Of a stretch of 64,000 nt of DNA, positions 41,745 through 53,127 are shown piece by piece; the stretch's first letter is position 1; each line of letters starts with the position of its first letter. The notes below the pieces were generated by a model, which saw nothing but the letters and a program-made list of their open reading frames with translations, did not search any database and was not told the origin of the DNA. The stretch is taken from positions 11,385-75,384 of the forward strand of contig CATLFA010000004.1 in NCBI GenBank assembly GCA_949927585.1. The letters are read 5' to 3'. The translations under genes and the position numbers were made by a program. Origin of the DNA: an uncultured Clostridiaceae bacterium (GTDB lineage: Bacteria; Bacillota; Clostridia; TANB77; CAG-508).

Positions 41745-43754
41745 CTATTTCAATAAATCTTTTACTTTATCTACTACATAATGGCTTCCTCCTCTTGACT
41801 GTACATCTTCTACCATACTTACTATTAATAATTGTTTTCCACTATTTTCGTCTGCTATAAATGTGTTGTACCAGCCTAATTCTATTCCTCCTTTGTCGTC
41901 TTTTGATGCTTTAATTTCTGCTGTTCCTGTCTTTCCGGCTATTGTTAGCCCTTCTATTTTGGCACTGTGAGCTGTTCCATTTGGGTTTTCTACTACTTGT
42001 ATTAAACTTTCTTTTATTTTATTTGCAGTTTCTTTACTAAATGCATTTTCTTTATAATATGAAATCGTTGTATCTTCTTTATATTCTAAGCAAACGTTGA
42101 TTATATTTCCTTCATTTACAAATGCTGAATATACCATTGCCATATGAATTGGGTTTGCTAAAACTTCTGCTTGTCCATAGCCACTGTTTGCAAGCTGTGT
42201 TTCGTTTGCAAATGTGTCATTGTTAGAATAGCTTGATTTTATAGTTCCTAGTGGTGTTTGAATTTCTTTATTAAATCCTATATTGCTTAAATTTTGTGTA
42301 AATTTATCTTTTCCTATTCGTAATGCTGCTTTTGCAAAATATATATTGTCTGAGTAAATTAATGCGTTTTGTAAATTGGCTTTTCCACTATATGTGGCAA
42401 GTGTTGTTATATAAAAATCTCTCCAACTTGAGTCCTTTTGCCATTTTGTTCCACTTGCTCCAAAGTCATCTTCTTCTGTAAAGCTGTTTGTATCTAAACC
42501 TACTGCACCTGTTATTGGTTTAAATGCTGAACCTGGTGCATAGCTTGCTAAAAACCTATTATATAATGGTTTATTTTCATTATTTGATAATTCATTCCAT
42601 TTATTTGTAGTCATTCCTAAACTAAAATCATTTGAATTAAAGGTTGGTGTGCTAACTAGTGCAAGTATTTCGCCTGTTTTTGGATTTATTGCAACTGATG
42701 TGCTTTTATCTTGTTTAAATTGCTCATATAATTTTGACTGAATGTTAGAATCTATTGTAAGTTTTATATCTTCTCCATTTTTTAAATCTCTTTTAGCTAT
42801 TGTTTTTATTTTACTTCCATTTGAATCTGTTATATATATTTCTACTCCGTCTATACCACGTAATCTACTTTCATATGTTCTTTCTAAACCAGATTTGCCT
42901 ATTATACTGTTTGCAGTATAGCTATCTGCTTTCTTTTCTTCTAGTTCTTCTGCGTTTATTCCTTGTACATATCCTAATAACCCAGATGTTGCTTCTCCTA
43001 AATTATATATTCTTTCTTCTGTATCAATTATTTTAATACCTTTAACTTCTAGTAGTTTTTGTTTTAACTGTGTTTCATTTTTTAATACTGTTCGTAATGG
43101 AACAAAAGTATCTTCCTTTACATATGATGCAGATAAACTTTTCTTTATAGTTTCTTCAGACATATTTAGTAAATTTGCCACAATTTTTATATCTTGTTCT
43201 TTAGTAGTTTCATTCATTTTTCCTGGTACAAAACCTATTTGTGATGCAGTCTGCTCACCTGCTAAAATGCTACCATTTCTATCTAATATTTTTCCTCTTT
43301 TTCCACTTAGAGTAGATACCCTAACTTTGTATTCATTATTTAAGTTTGGAAAAATTATATTTGAAGACCATTTTATTTTATATGTATCATTTTCTTTAAT
43401 TAAATTTACCGTATTTGAAAAACTTATTTCTCCCGCTATAGTGTCCATTACTGTTGTATATATAACTTGTGCTTCTTTACCTTTTTTTGAAGTTTTTGCA
43501 ACATTAATATCTATTTTGCTTACTTCTATTCCTTCATATATGTTTTTATTTCTTGTTATATATTCTTCTTTTGAAGTTTCTTTAGTTGTTAGTTCATACA
43601 TTTGTTCATATTCTTTATTTGTTATATGTGACATATAATCTTTTAATATAACTTCTGGTCTTACTTTTTGTTTGTTCAATAGTATTACTACAACTGTTGC
43701 AATTACTACAAATATAAGTATTATTATTGGTATTAATATTTTTTTATTTTTCAT
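41745..43754 (-). CDS. class B penicillin-binding protein (MecA/PBP3-like)
   Basis: NTF2-like N region, RGKILDRNG, SAFK, SDN, KTG. Confidence 0.9.
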   Translation of the reverse strand: MKNKKILIPIIILIFVVIATVVVILLNKQKVRPEVILKDYMSHITNKEYEQMYELTTKETSKEEYITRNKNIYEGIEVSKIDINVAKTSKKGKEAQVIYTTVMDTIAGEISFSNTVNLIKENDTYKIKWSSNIIFPNLNNEYKVRVSTLSGKRGKILDRNGSILAGEQTASQIGFVPGKMNETTKEQDIKIVANLLNMSEETIKKSLSASYVKEDTFVPLRTVLKNETQLKQKLLEVKGIKIIDTEERIYNLGEATSGLLGYVQGINAEELEEKKADSYTANSIIGKSGLERTYESRLRGIDGVEIYITDSNGSKIKTIAKRDLKNGEDIKLTIDSNIQSKLYEQFKQDKSTSVAINPKTGEILALVSTPTFNSNDFSLGMTTNKWNELSNNENKPLYNRFLASYAPGSAFKPITGAVGLDTNSFTEEDDFGASGTKWQKDSSWRDFYITTLATYSGKANLQNALIYSDNIYFAKAALRIGKDKFTQNLSNIGFNKEIQTPLGTIKSSYSNNDTFANETQLANSGYGQAEVLANPIHMAMVYSAFVNEGNIINVCLEYKEDTTISYYKENAFSKETANKIKESLIQVVENPNGTAHSAKIEGLTIAGKTGTAEIKASKDDKGGIELGWYNTFIADENSGKQLLIVSMVEDVQSRGGSHYVVDKVKDLLK

Positions 43755-43879
43755 AAAATTTCTCCTTTTATTTTCTATTTTTCTAATCTTACCATAAAAA
43801 GCTTTAGTTATCAATAAAACAATTATAAAACTATTATATATAAAAAATAATGGAGAAATTTTTCTCCATTATTTTTTAT

Positions 43880-44356
43880 TTACTTTTTAAAAAACAGAAT
43901 CCATCTTTTGGTTTGCATGTTAATTTTGTCTTCTTTCAGTTCTTTAATTTTTGCGTTGTTGTTTATGTATACATTTATTTGTGTTTTCACTAATTCATCA
44001 GATTTTAAATCTGGTATTAATGCTACTAATGTAATAGAACTTTCTTCAGCTTTAAAATCTAAAAATGTCTCTTGCTCATATTTCATATATTTTTCTACAA
44101 GAACATCCATTTGAGCTTCAATTTTTCCATTTTCTTCTTCATACATTGCTATCTTTTCATCTATTTTCCCTGCTGTTGCCACTCCTGGCACCATAAATAT
44201 AAAAATTAAAAAAGATATTCTCGCTATAATATATCCAATTGAAGCAAATTCTTTAAACATATGTTTCAACTCATAACTATTTACCTTGTAATAAAGAATG
44301 TGAGATACAATGTCTAATACTAATGCAATACAAAAAATAAGAATTAACATATGCAT
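43880..44356 (-). CDS. orphan membrane protein
   Basis: AGGAGG SD, two TM segments, own promoter and terminator. Confidence 0.65.
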   Translation of the reverse strand: MHMLILIFCIALVLDIVSHILYYKVNSYELKHMFKEFASIGYIIARISFLIFIFMVPGVATAGKIDEKIAMYEEENGKIEAQMDVLVEKYMKYEQETFLDFKAEESSITLVALIPDLKSDELVKTQINVYINNNAKIKELKEDKINMQTKRWILFFKK

Positions 44357-44574
44357 TTCCTCCTTAATAAATTATTATTTACGAGTTACTTTATATAAAC
44401 TTGCTTTTAGCAAGATAATTAAATTTTCTATATTATATATTATTTTACATAAATAGTCAAGTATTCTTCATTTTTTTAGTTTTTCTATTTTTTATGTTGA
44501 CTTTTTTATTCTATATTATAATGTTTATGTAACTTATAATATTTGTCTTTTTATAATTATAGGGAGGTATTTTT

Positions 44575-44880
44575 ATGGCACAACCAGTTGAATTGGTTAT
44601 ACAGGTTTTAGATGATTCTCGTAGAAAGAGTATTGAGTATGAAAATCGGTGTTGGTTAAAGGAAAATATCAAAGAATTAAATATTTGTGTATGTGTTGAA
44701 AATTGTCTTTGTGACGTTTTTACTATTGTTAGAAATTGGAATAATGACGGTAGTATTTTAATTCAGGATGGTAAAAATGTTCAATTTAAGAATTATTTCA
44801 ATCCTTGTAAAGAGGCTTTATCTCTTATAAGGCTCAATAATGAATATATTGTATTTTTGTATTCACCAAAAGAAGTATAA
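44575..44880 (+). CDS. orphan protein
   Basis: TTGACT/TATAAT promoter, GGGAGG SD; triplet CGG at 44647. Confidence 0.6.
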   Translation: MAQPVELVIQVLDDSRRKSIEYENRCWLKENIKELNICVCVENCLCDVFTIVRNWNNDGSILIQDGKNVQFKNYFNPCKEALSLIRLNNEYIVFLYSPKEV

Positions 44881-44937
44881 AACGATTCAAATATAAAAAA
44901 TAATGGAGAAAATTTCTCCATTATTTTTTATATTAAT

Positions 44938-46173
44938 TTACTTTTTCTTTCCTATATACGAATTTTTCTTTCCTCTTTTTACTATTATATATGTTCCTTC
45001 TATAAACATATTTTCATCTATTATTGTGCTAGCATCTGTTATTTTTTCGCCGTTTACTGATATTGCGCCATTTGCTATAAATTCTCTTGCTTCTCTTTTA
45101 CTTGAAGCTGCTCCTATGTTTACGGCTAAATCGGCTATTGTTTGATTTGCTTCTACTTCTTTTATTTGCTCATTTCCAAATAAGTCTTCTATATCTTTTT
45201 TAGTTAAATCACTAAATTTATTATTGAATAGGTGATCTGCTAGGTTTACTGCTCTTTCATATTCTTCTTTTCCGTGTAAGAAAGTTATTATTTCTCTTGC
45301 TAGTGCTTTGTGTGCTTCTCTATATTCTGGATGTTCATTATTTTTTCTTTCATATTCTTCTATTTCCTCTTTTGATAGGAATGTGTATATTTTTAAGTAA
45401 TCTATTACCATGCTGTCTTCTACGTTTGTAAAGAATTGATATAGTTTGTAGCTTGATGTTTTTTCTTTATCTAACCATAATGCATTTCCTTCGCTTTTCC
45501 CAAATTTCTTTCCTTGTGAGTCTGTTACTAATGGCATTGTGAAACCATATACTTCATCGCCAGTAGATTTTCTTATTAAATCTATTCCTGCTGTTATATT
45601 TCCCCATTGGTCTGAACCTGCACATTGTAAATCTACATTTTTGTGTTCGTGTAAATATTTAAAGTCTAATGCTTGTAATATCATGTATGAAAATTCTGTA
45701 TAAGTTATTCCTGAATCTAATCTTCTTCTTATTATGTCTTTATCTAACATATAGTTTACATTAAAATATTTTCCATAGTCTCTTAAAAAATCTATTACAT
45801 TTATATCTTTATACCAATCGTTGTTGTTTACTACTTCAAAACCAAATATTTTTTCTACTTGTGCTTTTAGTTTTTCAAAATTTGCTGTTACTTCTTCTTT
45901 TCCTATCATTGCTCTTTCTGTTGTTGGGCGTGGGTCACCTATCATGCCTGTTCCTCCACCTACTAAAAGTATTGGTGTATGTCCTGCATCTTTTAATCTT
46001 TTTGAAATTAAAAAGCTTGATAAATGTCCTACATGTAGACTATCTGCTGTTGGATCTGTTCCTATATAGAAAGTTAATCCTCCTTTATTTAATTTTTCTT
46101 CTAAATCTGGACTAGAAATATCTTTTATTAGCCCTCTCCATTTTAGTTCTTCTACTAGTGTCATTTTTTTCAT
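44938..46173 (-). CDS. tyrS: tyrosine--tRNA ligase
   Basis: DPTADSLHVGH, GSDQWGNI, KFGKS, C-terminal S4. Confidence 0.97.
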   Translation of the reverse strand: MKKMTLVEELKWRGLIKDISSPDLEEKLNKGGLTFYIGTDPTADSLHVGHLSSFLISKRLKDAGHTPILLVGGGTGMIGDPRPTTERAMIGKEEVTANFEKLKAQVEKIFGFEVVNNNDWYKDINVIDFLRDYGKYFNVNYMLDKDIIRRRLDSGITYTEFSYMILQALDFKYLHEHKNVDLQCAGSDQWGNITAGIDLIRKSTGDEVYGFTMPLVTDSQGKKFGKSEGNALWLDKEKTSSYKLYQFFTNVEDSMVIDYLKIYTFLSKEEIEEYERKNNEHPEYREAHKALAREIITFLHGKEEYERAVNLADHLFNNKFSDLTKKDIEDLFGNEQIKEVEANQTIADLAVNIGAASSKREAREFIANGAISVNGEKITDASTIIDENMFIEGTYIIVKRGKKNSYIGKKK

Positions 46174-46314
46174 TCCTTTCTCATATTTTGAATTTAGATT
46201 GTAGGGGTAGGCCTCTAAGTTTACCCCTTTTTAGGTGTATTTATTTTATTGTATTTTTCAAACTAGGAGGACACAAGGCCCGCACCCTACAGATAAAACA
46301 AATTTCTTCTATCT

Positions 46315-46535
46315 TTAACAAAAGAGCCAAACCGCCTCATTTTAAAGGACGATTTGACTCGTGGTACCACCTTTATTTGTATAAATTTGTTTATACCTTA
46401 TTATAAGCTGTTCGTAGCTTGTACGTAATTACTATAAGAATTGTATTTCATAATTTTATATTCTGATAGTTTCCAGCAAAGCACTACCTCTCTTTATTTG
46501 TTGTAACTATAAAATTATTACTTGGTTTCTTTTTA
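46315..46535 (-). promoter_or_regulatory. T-box riboswitch with Tyr (TAC) specifier
   Basis: Minus strand: AGAGAG and GCTGGAA stem I motifs, GAAA-TAC-A specifier, T-box AAAGGTGGTACCACG followed by terminator. Confidence 0.88.
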
Positions 46536-46660
46536 AAACATAATTAAATTTAACTATAACTATTATACTATATTGTTTTTTTGTTTGCAATAGCTGATTC
46601 TCCAAAATTATAATTTTTCAATTTGTTCTATTGTTATTATATATTTTTTACTCTTTATCG

Positions 46661-47077
46661 TTATATTTCTATATCTTCTGATTTAAAATCACTATAATAT
46701 CTTGCTGAAATAGAAGTAAACTTTAATACACAGTAATCTGGATCAGTTACCCCTTCTTTATAATACATTTTATCACCAAATTGCCATATCATTTCTTTTG
46801 ATTTTTTATCTTCTAAAACTTCTACTGTCCCTTTAAGCATTATTCCTCTATAAAATCTCTTATCACAAAAATAAACACAAGCCTTTGGATTATTCTTAAA
46901 TGATTGCACCTTTAATGAAGATGTATTCGTTGAAAAATAAATTTCCTTTATTCCATTTCTTTTTCTAGGTTTTAGCATTGCTTTGGTATTTGGAAATCCA
47001 TCTTTATCAATAGAACTTATATAGCAAATACTTTGCTTGTCTATCATATTTCCAATAGTTTTTTCTGCATCTCTCAT
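46661..47077 (-). CDS. pyridoxamine 5'-phosphate oxidase-like (general stress) protein
   Basis: SSIDKDGFP, FSTNTSS, NPKACVYF, GVTDPDYCVLKF. Confidence 0.85.
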   Translation of the reverse strand: MRDAEKTIGNMIDKQSICYISSIDKDGFPNTKAMLKPRKRNGIKEIYFSTNTSSLKVQSFKNNPKACVYFCDKRFYRGIMLKGTVEVLEDKKSKEMIWQFGDKMYYKEGVTDPDYCVLKFTSISARYYSDFKSEDIEI

Positions 47078-47103
47078 AATTTTTCACACTCCTGTAATTT
47101 GTA

Positions 47104-47781
47104 TTACTGTTCTAAAAACTTAAATAACTTCTCATAAAATAATTTATTTTTAAAAACATAATTACAATGTCCTGCTTTTTCTAATATAACTAATTCTGAA
47201 TGATTTATATTATTAGAAATATATTCAGCCTCGTTTTTTGGAACTATATCTTTTTCACCACCATTAAATACTAAAGTTGGCACTATTATAATTCCTAATT
47301 CATCTTTTGTTATAGAATGTGCTTCATAATTTAATTTTTCAAACATTTCGTTACTCTTTTTACTTGGATAAAAAGGGATCTTTTCCATAACTTTTGCATA
47401 ATTAGGTTTTTTGATAATATTATTTCTTGCAACACCACTACATATCACTAATTTAGAAATAATTTTTGGATAATGAATTGCTACATTTAACGCAACAGTT
47501 CCCCCACCACTACAACCTAGTAAATAAGGCTTGTCTATATTCAATTTATTTATAAATTCATATATATCTTTTGCTGATTCTTCATAATTTAAAGTACAGT
47601 TTTTTTCACTTTTTCCGCAACATCTTCTATCAAAAAGATATACTTTGTATCTATCTTTTAACCTATTTGCTATAAATTTCATAAGTCCTGTATTAATACT
47701 ATTTGGATTCAATAAAATTACAGGTTTTCCGTTTCCTAAAACTTCATAATGAATTTTTATATTATTAACTTCTATATCCAA
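47104..47781 (-). CDS. alpha/beta hydrolase
   Basis: GCSGGG nucleophile elbow, PTLV..GEKD, AGH. Confidence 0.85.
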   Translation of the reverse strand: MDIEVNNIKIHYEVLGNGKPVILLNPNSINTGLMKFIANRLKDRYKVYLFDRRCCGKSEKNCTLNYEESAKDIYEFINKLNIDKPYLLGCSGGGTVALNVAIHYPKIISKLVICSGVARNNIIKKPNYAKVMEKIPFYPSKKSNEMFEKLNYEAHSITKDELGIIIVPTLVFNGGEKDIVPKNEAEYISNNINHSELVILEKAGHCNYVFKNKLFYEKLFKFLEQ

Positions 47782-47877
47782 TTTATCATCTCCTCTATAA
47801 CTTACTATCTTGTATTTCGATTATATCATAAAGGACAAGTAATTTTCAACTCAATTACCTGCCCTACTTATTGTAAT

Positions 47878-48145
47878 TTAGCGATTACTTTTATAATCAA
47901 TATTTACTAATTTTGCTTGTTTGCACAAATCTTTTGTCTGTATTTTATATTGTTTTCCATCTTTTATTGTATAAGTTCCACATTGTCTAAATTAAAAATT
48001 AACATTTTTTCTTATACATTGTTCTCTAATATCTAATGCCCAATCATAATTAAATACTCTAGCATTTATATCAGATTCTCCACTGACAAGCAACCAATTC
48101 AATATTATCAAGATATTTTTCAATATCTATTTTCGTTTTTAATTA
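47878..48145 (-). pseudogene. remnant of DUF5131 (phage Gp37/Gp68-like) gene
   Basis: Fragments IDIEKYLDNIE and SGESDINARVFNYDWALDIREQCIRKNVNF*FRQCG with a frameshift and an in-frame stop, no intact start. Confidence 0.6.
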
Positions 48146-48237
48146 TTATAAATTGTTTAAAGGAATATCGATTTTTAATACTCTTTTACTTAATAATTAA
48201 ATTTAAACATCTTACTTATAATTTTTTATGTTTCTTT

Positions 48238-48900
48238 TTAGTCATTTGTTAAATCTCCATTCCCACTTACAGGTATACTTTCTCCCAAATATGTTGGTTT
48301 TGATTTAAAAATGCATTTTACAAAATCTTTATCTCTTGCTAGAATTTCTCTTATTTCTCTTGAAGTCTGCCCGTAATACCCAGTTTTTATTGCTGGTACT
48401 CCATAAGTTTCTATTCCTAATTTATTTCCTATATATACTGCTCTATATAGGTGATATTCTTGTGTTACTACTGTTAACTTTTTTACTTTGAATATGTAAT
48501 CAGCTCTATATAAGCTTTCATAGGTTGAAAAACCTGCATGGTCCATAAATATATTTTCACTTGGTATTTCGTTTTCAATTAGATAGGTTTTCATAGCATT
48601 TACTTCGTCATATTCTTCTCTTCCATGGTCTCCTGATACTATTATCTTTTCTGCTATTCCTTGTTTATATAATTCTATTGCTTTATCTAGTCTATCTTTT
48701 AGCATTAAACTTAAAGAACCATCTTCCATTACTTGGCAACCTAATACTAATATAGCATCTGATTTATTTGCATTTTCTACTTCTTGTATGATATTTTTAC
48801 TTGCAACTAATTTTACATATTGATTTATTCCAAATACCATTATTATTACGATTATTGTTAATGTAATTATTGCTATTATTAATTTTTTTATTTTTTTCAT
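48238..48900 (-). CDS. SanA/YdcF (DUF218) family protein
   Basis: AILVLG, DRLD, VSGD, DHAGFSTYES, TQEYHLYRA. Confidence 0.9.
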   Translation of the reverse strand: MKKIKKLIIAIITLTIIVIIMVFGINQYVKLVASKNIIQEVENANKSDAILVLGCQVMEDGSLSLMLKDRLDKAIELYKQGIAEKIIVSGDHGREEYDEVNAMKTYLIENEIPSENIFMDHAGFSTYESLYRADYIFKVKKLTVVTQEYHLYRAVYIGNKLGIETYGVPAIKTGYYGQTSREIREILARDKDFVKCIFKSKPTYLGESIPVSGNGDLTND

Positions 48901-49120
48901 ATGCTTTCTCCTTTTGTTTCGTTTTTATTATTATAACATATATTATTTTTTAGATACAAGTTTTGCTGATTCTTTATTTTTTTAATATACTTATTATAGA
49001 TTAGGGGCATCTATTAGCTGTCCACACTCCAATGAAATTACTTAAATAAAAATTCAGTGTAATTCTTTGAAAAGTGAACGACTATTAGTCGCCCCTACAA
49101 TTCTTTTTCATTTTTTACTA

Positions 49121-51121
49121 TTATAGTATTGCTTTTTCTTGATTTATCACATTACATACTAATTCTGCTGATTTTTCTACTCCTAATGTTGCTGTATTTA
49201 TACATATGTCATAATTTAAATGGTCATTCCATTTTTTCTGCGCATAGTATTTATAATGGTTTGCTCTTAATTTATCTACTCTTGTTATTTCTTTTTGTGC
49301 TTTTTCTTTATCTAGTTTATAAAATTTAGTTGCTCTATTTATTTTATCTTCCATGTTGCTATATATGAATACTTTTATTACATTTTTTCTGTCTTTCAAT
49401 ATAAAGTCTGCACATCTTCCTATTATTACACAAGATTCTTTGCTTGATAACTCTTTTATTAATTCTGATTCTTTTAAGAATAGTTCATCACTATTGTTTA
49501 ACCCAAAGTAATATCCATTATTTAGGTTTGCTAATGTTTCTTTCTTTTGCTCATTATTTTCTATATATTCTTCTGATAATCCTGTTTTTTCTGCTAGTTT
49601 TGTTATTATTTCTTTATCATAAAATTTTATTCCTAGTTTATCTGCAATTAGTCTTCCTACATATCTTCCACCTGAGCCATATTCTCTTGATATTGTTATT
49701 ACCATATGTTTATCTAGTTTATTATGTTTTAATGTATTATTTTCTAAAGCTTCACTTTTTGTTTTTTCTTTTCCAAGATGTTTTATTTCAATTACAAGTA
49801 ATAATCCTGCTATTATGAAGGCTAAACCATCTGCAAATGGTCCTGAATATAGGAAACCTTTTATTCCAAATAATTCTCCAAGTACCACCATTGCTGGTAT
49901 TAAGAATAGTATCTGTCTTGATAATGAAAGTATTGCACTTTTTGCGCTTTTTCCTATTGCTTGGAAGAATATTCCTGCTGGAATTTGTATTCCATTACAT
50001 ATACATAGCATTAAATATATTCTAAATGATATACATGCAAATTCCATATATAGTGCATCACCACTACCAAAAACCACTATTAATTTATCTGGTATTGTTT
50101 GGAATAGTATAAATGCTATTGTACTTATTATTACACTTGTTCCTAGTACTATTTTTAAGGTTTGCTTTACTCTATCCATTTTTGCTGCACCATAGTTGTA
50201 ACCTAGTATTGGCTGTGAACCTGCTGCAATTCCTATTACTATACTGTTTAATATTTGGCTTATTTTCATAACAATTCCCAATACAGTAATTGGTATTTCT
50301 GAACCAAATTTTGAATTCGCTCCATATTTTCCAAGTAGATTATTTTCAACTGCTATTACAAATACTATACTTATTTGTGTAATAAAACTACTTATTCCTA
50401 AAGCTGATACTTTTTGAATTACAGTTGGTTTTAGTTTAAATTCTTCTTTTCCTATTTTTATAGATTTAAACTTCTTTATATACATTATATTAATTGCAAA
50501 TGTTACTATTTGACTTATAACAGTTGCTATTGCTGCACCTTGTACTCCCATTTTAAATACAAATATAAATATTGGGTCTAATATGATATTTAAAATTGCA
50601 CCTGTTACCATTGATGTCATTGCATATTTTGGATTTCCATCTGCTCTTATTATTGAATTTAAAGTTGTTCCTACCATCATAAATGGCAAGCCTACACCTA
50701 TTATATAGCCATAATTCAAAGCATATTCTCTTAGAGCTTGTGTGCAACCAAATAAGTTTAATATTTGTGGTAAAAATATTAATGTTACTGTACATAAAAG
50801 TACTGCTACTATTATTGATATTGCTATACCATTTCCAACACCTTTACCTGCTTCTTTTTCTTTCTTTTCTCCTAGTCTTAAACTTAAATATGCTGATGTT
50901 CCATCTCCAAACATTAGTGCAAAAGCTAAACATACCATAGTTAATGGGAAAACTATATTAGTTGCTCCATTTCCTAAATATCCTACTCCCCAACCAATAA
51001 ATATTTGGTCAACTATATTATATAAAGAGTTTACTAATAAAGATATAATACATGGAACAGAAAATTTTCTAATTAATTTTCCTATTTTCTCTTTTCCTAA
51101 AATATTTTCTTCTTTTTCCAA
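49121..51121 (-). CDS. MATE efflux transporter fused to cytidylate-kinase-like domain
   Basis: LYNIVDQIFIG, NIILDPIFI; C-terminal ITISREYGSGG...IIGRCAD. Confidence 0.9.
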   Translation of the reverse strand: MEKEENILGKEKIGKLIRKFSVPCIISLLVNSLYNIVDQIFIGWGVGYLGNGATNIVFPLTMVCLAFALMFGDGTSAYLSLRLGEKKEKEAGKGVGNGIAISIIVAVLLCTVTLIFLPQILNLFGCTQALREYALNYGYIIGVGLPFMMVGTTLNSIIRADGNPKYAMTSMVTGAILNIILDPIFIFVFKMGVQGAAIATVISQIVTFAINIMYIKKFKSIKIGKEEFKLKPTVIQKVSALGISSFITQISIVFVIAVENNLLGKYGANSKFGSEIPITVLGIVMKISQILNSIVIGIAAGSQPILGYNYGAAKMDRVKQTLKIVLGTSVIISTIAFILFQTIPDKLIVVFGSGDALYMEFACISFRIYLMLCICNGIQIPAGIFFQAIGKSAKSAILSLSRQILFLIPAMVVLGELFGIKGFLYSGPFADGLAFIIAGLLLVIEIKHLGKEKTKSEALENNTLKHNKLDKHMVITISREYGSGGRYVGRLIADKLGIKFYDKEIITKLAEKTGLSEEYIENNEQKKETLANLNNGYYFGLNNSDELFLKESELIKELSSKESCVIIGRCADFILKDRKNVIKVFIYSNMEDKINRATKFYKLDKEKAQKEITRVDKLRANHYKYYAQKKWNDHLNYDICINTATLGVEKSAELVCNVINQEKAIL

Positions 51122-51472
51122 CCTTCTCTTCTCCTTTCTTACACAAAGCGTGTACTGTTCGCTATTAATTTCTAATTTTATAGAAGTTACATTTTTATTA
51201 GGTAACTTCTTCCAAGAATTTACCTAATATTTCAACTTATAACTTCTTATTACGCACAAAAATACAACACATTTTTATTCTGTGTTGTTCGTTAATCATT
51301 ACTTAAAAATAATGTTCGTTTCCATTTGCCACGTTTGTAATTTTAACATATTAATTTTTATTTGTCAAAACTTTTTAATGTTTTTTTGACTTTTGCATAA
51401 TATTATGTTATAATTTTCTAAGTTATATTGTAACTGTCAATTCTCTTATTGTAATTATAAGGAGGAAAATCT

Positions 51473-52087
51473 ATGAGTATTAAAGTTAAAGGAATACCTA
51501 TTCGGAATGAAGAGTTAAGCTATGACATGGAAATCCCTTTTTCTAATTTAACTGGTGAAGGTCAGGCAAGAATGTTTTTAGATAACAAAGATGTTTTTAT
51601 TTGTGAAGCACTTTCTTCTAAATATAATACCGTTAAACAGCTGGCTCGTAATAATATATCAGACTGTTCTTCTGTAACGTTAAATGAAACACTTAAATTT
51701 CTTTTAATAGGTCGCATTGTTGTTAACTGTGATTTAATTCTTGAGATACTTTCTATTCCTCATTTGGTATTAGAAGATAGTGTTAGAGTATATCTTTCAA
51801 CTTCGGATTATTGGCCGTTAAGGCAATGGGTAGCTAAGGATTCAAATACCCCCTCAGATTTATTGTATAAGATGCTTATTCCGGCAGTAAACTCTGTTTT
51901 CTGGCATTGTGATTTTATTATTCTTGATGCTCTTATTAGTAATACTAATTTTAAGATGTCTGAATCATTAAAAGTTGTAATAGATTCCATCTATGAAAAA
52001 GCTGAGAACTGTCCATCTGTTTTAAATAAAGCTTCTGAACTTTCAAAAACTATATCAGATATTAGAAAAATATTAAGTAAGTACTAA
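51473..52087 (+). CDS. orphan protein
   Basis: TTGACT/TATAAT promoter, AGGAGG SD, terminator 52098-52134; triplet CGG at codon 11 (51503). Confidence 0.65.
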   Translation: MSIKVKGIPIRNEELSYDMEIPFSNLTGEGQARMFLDNKDVFICEALSSKYNTVKQLARNNISDCSSVTLNETLKFLLIGRIVVNCDLILEILSIPHLVLEDSVRVYLSTSDYWPLRQWVAKDSNTPSDLLYKMLIPAVNSVFWHCDFIILDALISNTNFKMSESLKVVIDSIYEKAENCPSVLNKASELSKTISDIRKILSKY

Positions 52088-52205
52088 TATTTACAAAGAA
52101 GTAGAAAAACTTTTAATATAAGTTTTTCTGCTTCTTTCGTTTTATTTTGTAAATTTTGGATATATTAGTATTATAATTAATATTGTGAAAGGAATGTGAT
52201 TTGAT

Positions 52206-52640
52206 ATGGAAAATCAAAATTTAAATATTTTAGATGAAATTAATAAAGGTGCTACTATGGGAATGGATGCAATATCTTTTGTTTCAGAAAAAGTTAAAGA
52301 TGATATTTTTAAGGAAGTCTTAGACATTGAATATAATAAATACAAAAAAATATCTAATAGAGTTAATGATATATATTCTAATTTTAGTAGCAAAGAGCCT
52401 CATGAAACAAATGCTATGAATAAAGCTATGACTTGGTATGGTGTACAAATGAAAACTATTGCTGATAATAGTAATTCTAAGCTTTCTGAACTATTAATAC
52501 AAGGAACTAATATGGGTATTATTGAAGGTAGAAGACTTATTAATCGAAATCCTAATGCTGCTGAAGATGTGAAAAATGTTTTAAATGATTTTGTTGTTAT
52601 GCAAGAAGATAGTATTGAAACTTTGAAAAAATATTTGTAA
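52206..52640 (+). CDS. conserved clostridial hypothetical protein (ferritin-like helical)
   Basis: KGATMGMDAI...LSELLIQGTNMGI...LKKYL. Confidence 0.65.
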   Translation: MENQNLNILDEINKGATMGMDAISFVSEKVKDDIFKEVLDIEYNKYKKISNRVNDIYSNFSSKEPHETNAMNKAMTWYGVQMKTIADNSNSKLSELLIQGTNMGIIEGRRLINRNPNAAEDVKNVLNDFVVMQEDSIETLKKYL

Positions 52641-52773
52641 ATATGTTATAATTTACAGTTCCTGTAATATAGTCCGCTTTTAGGATGTAATATAAAAATT
52701 AAATATCTTCTCTTGCACTTTTTTTCTTTTTTGTTTATAATAAATTTGTTTAAATTTTAATAGGAGTTTTATT

Positions 52774-53127
52774 ATGGAACATTGGAGTGTTGAGGATTAT
52801 AAAAATTTTACAGATAGTAAGAAAAGAAAAAGTAAATATAGAGCCAATAAGGCTTCTGTTGATGGTCATACTTTTGATAGTCAAAAAGAAGCTGATTATT
52901 ATTGTGAACTTAAATTAAAATTACAAGCAAAAGAAATTAATGGTTTTTGTTTGCAACCTACTTTTATTTTAGCTCCTAGTTTAAAATATAAGGCTGACTT
53001 TATTGTTTTTCACAAAGATGGCTCTACTGAAGTTATTGATGTTAAAGGTTTTAAAACTAAGGAATATATTGCTAAAAAGAAAGTCTTTGAGGATAAATTT
53101 AATTTAAAAATAACAGAGATTTATTAA
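52774..53127 (+). CDS. DUF1064 family PD-(D/E)XK nuclease-like protein
   Basis: SKY, FDSQKEA, LQPTF, YKADF, VIDVKG. Confidence 0.85.
   Translation: MEHWSVEDYKNFTDSKKRKSKYRANKASVDGHTFDSQKEADYYCELKLKLQAKEINGFCLQPTFILAPSLKYKADFIVFHKDGSTEVIDVKGFKTKEYIAKKKVFEDKFNLKITEIY

Noticed and set aside
51130-51340. Riboswitch upstream of the MATE gene
   Set aside because: Hairpins and a GGCAAA...GAAA segment are present but I cannot match a full known consensus.
52774-53127. Prophage around DUF1064
   Set aside because: No structural, terminase or integrase genes nearby.
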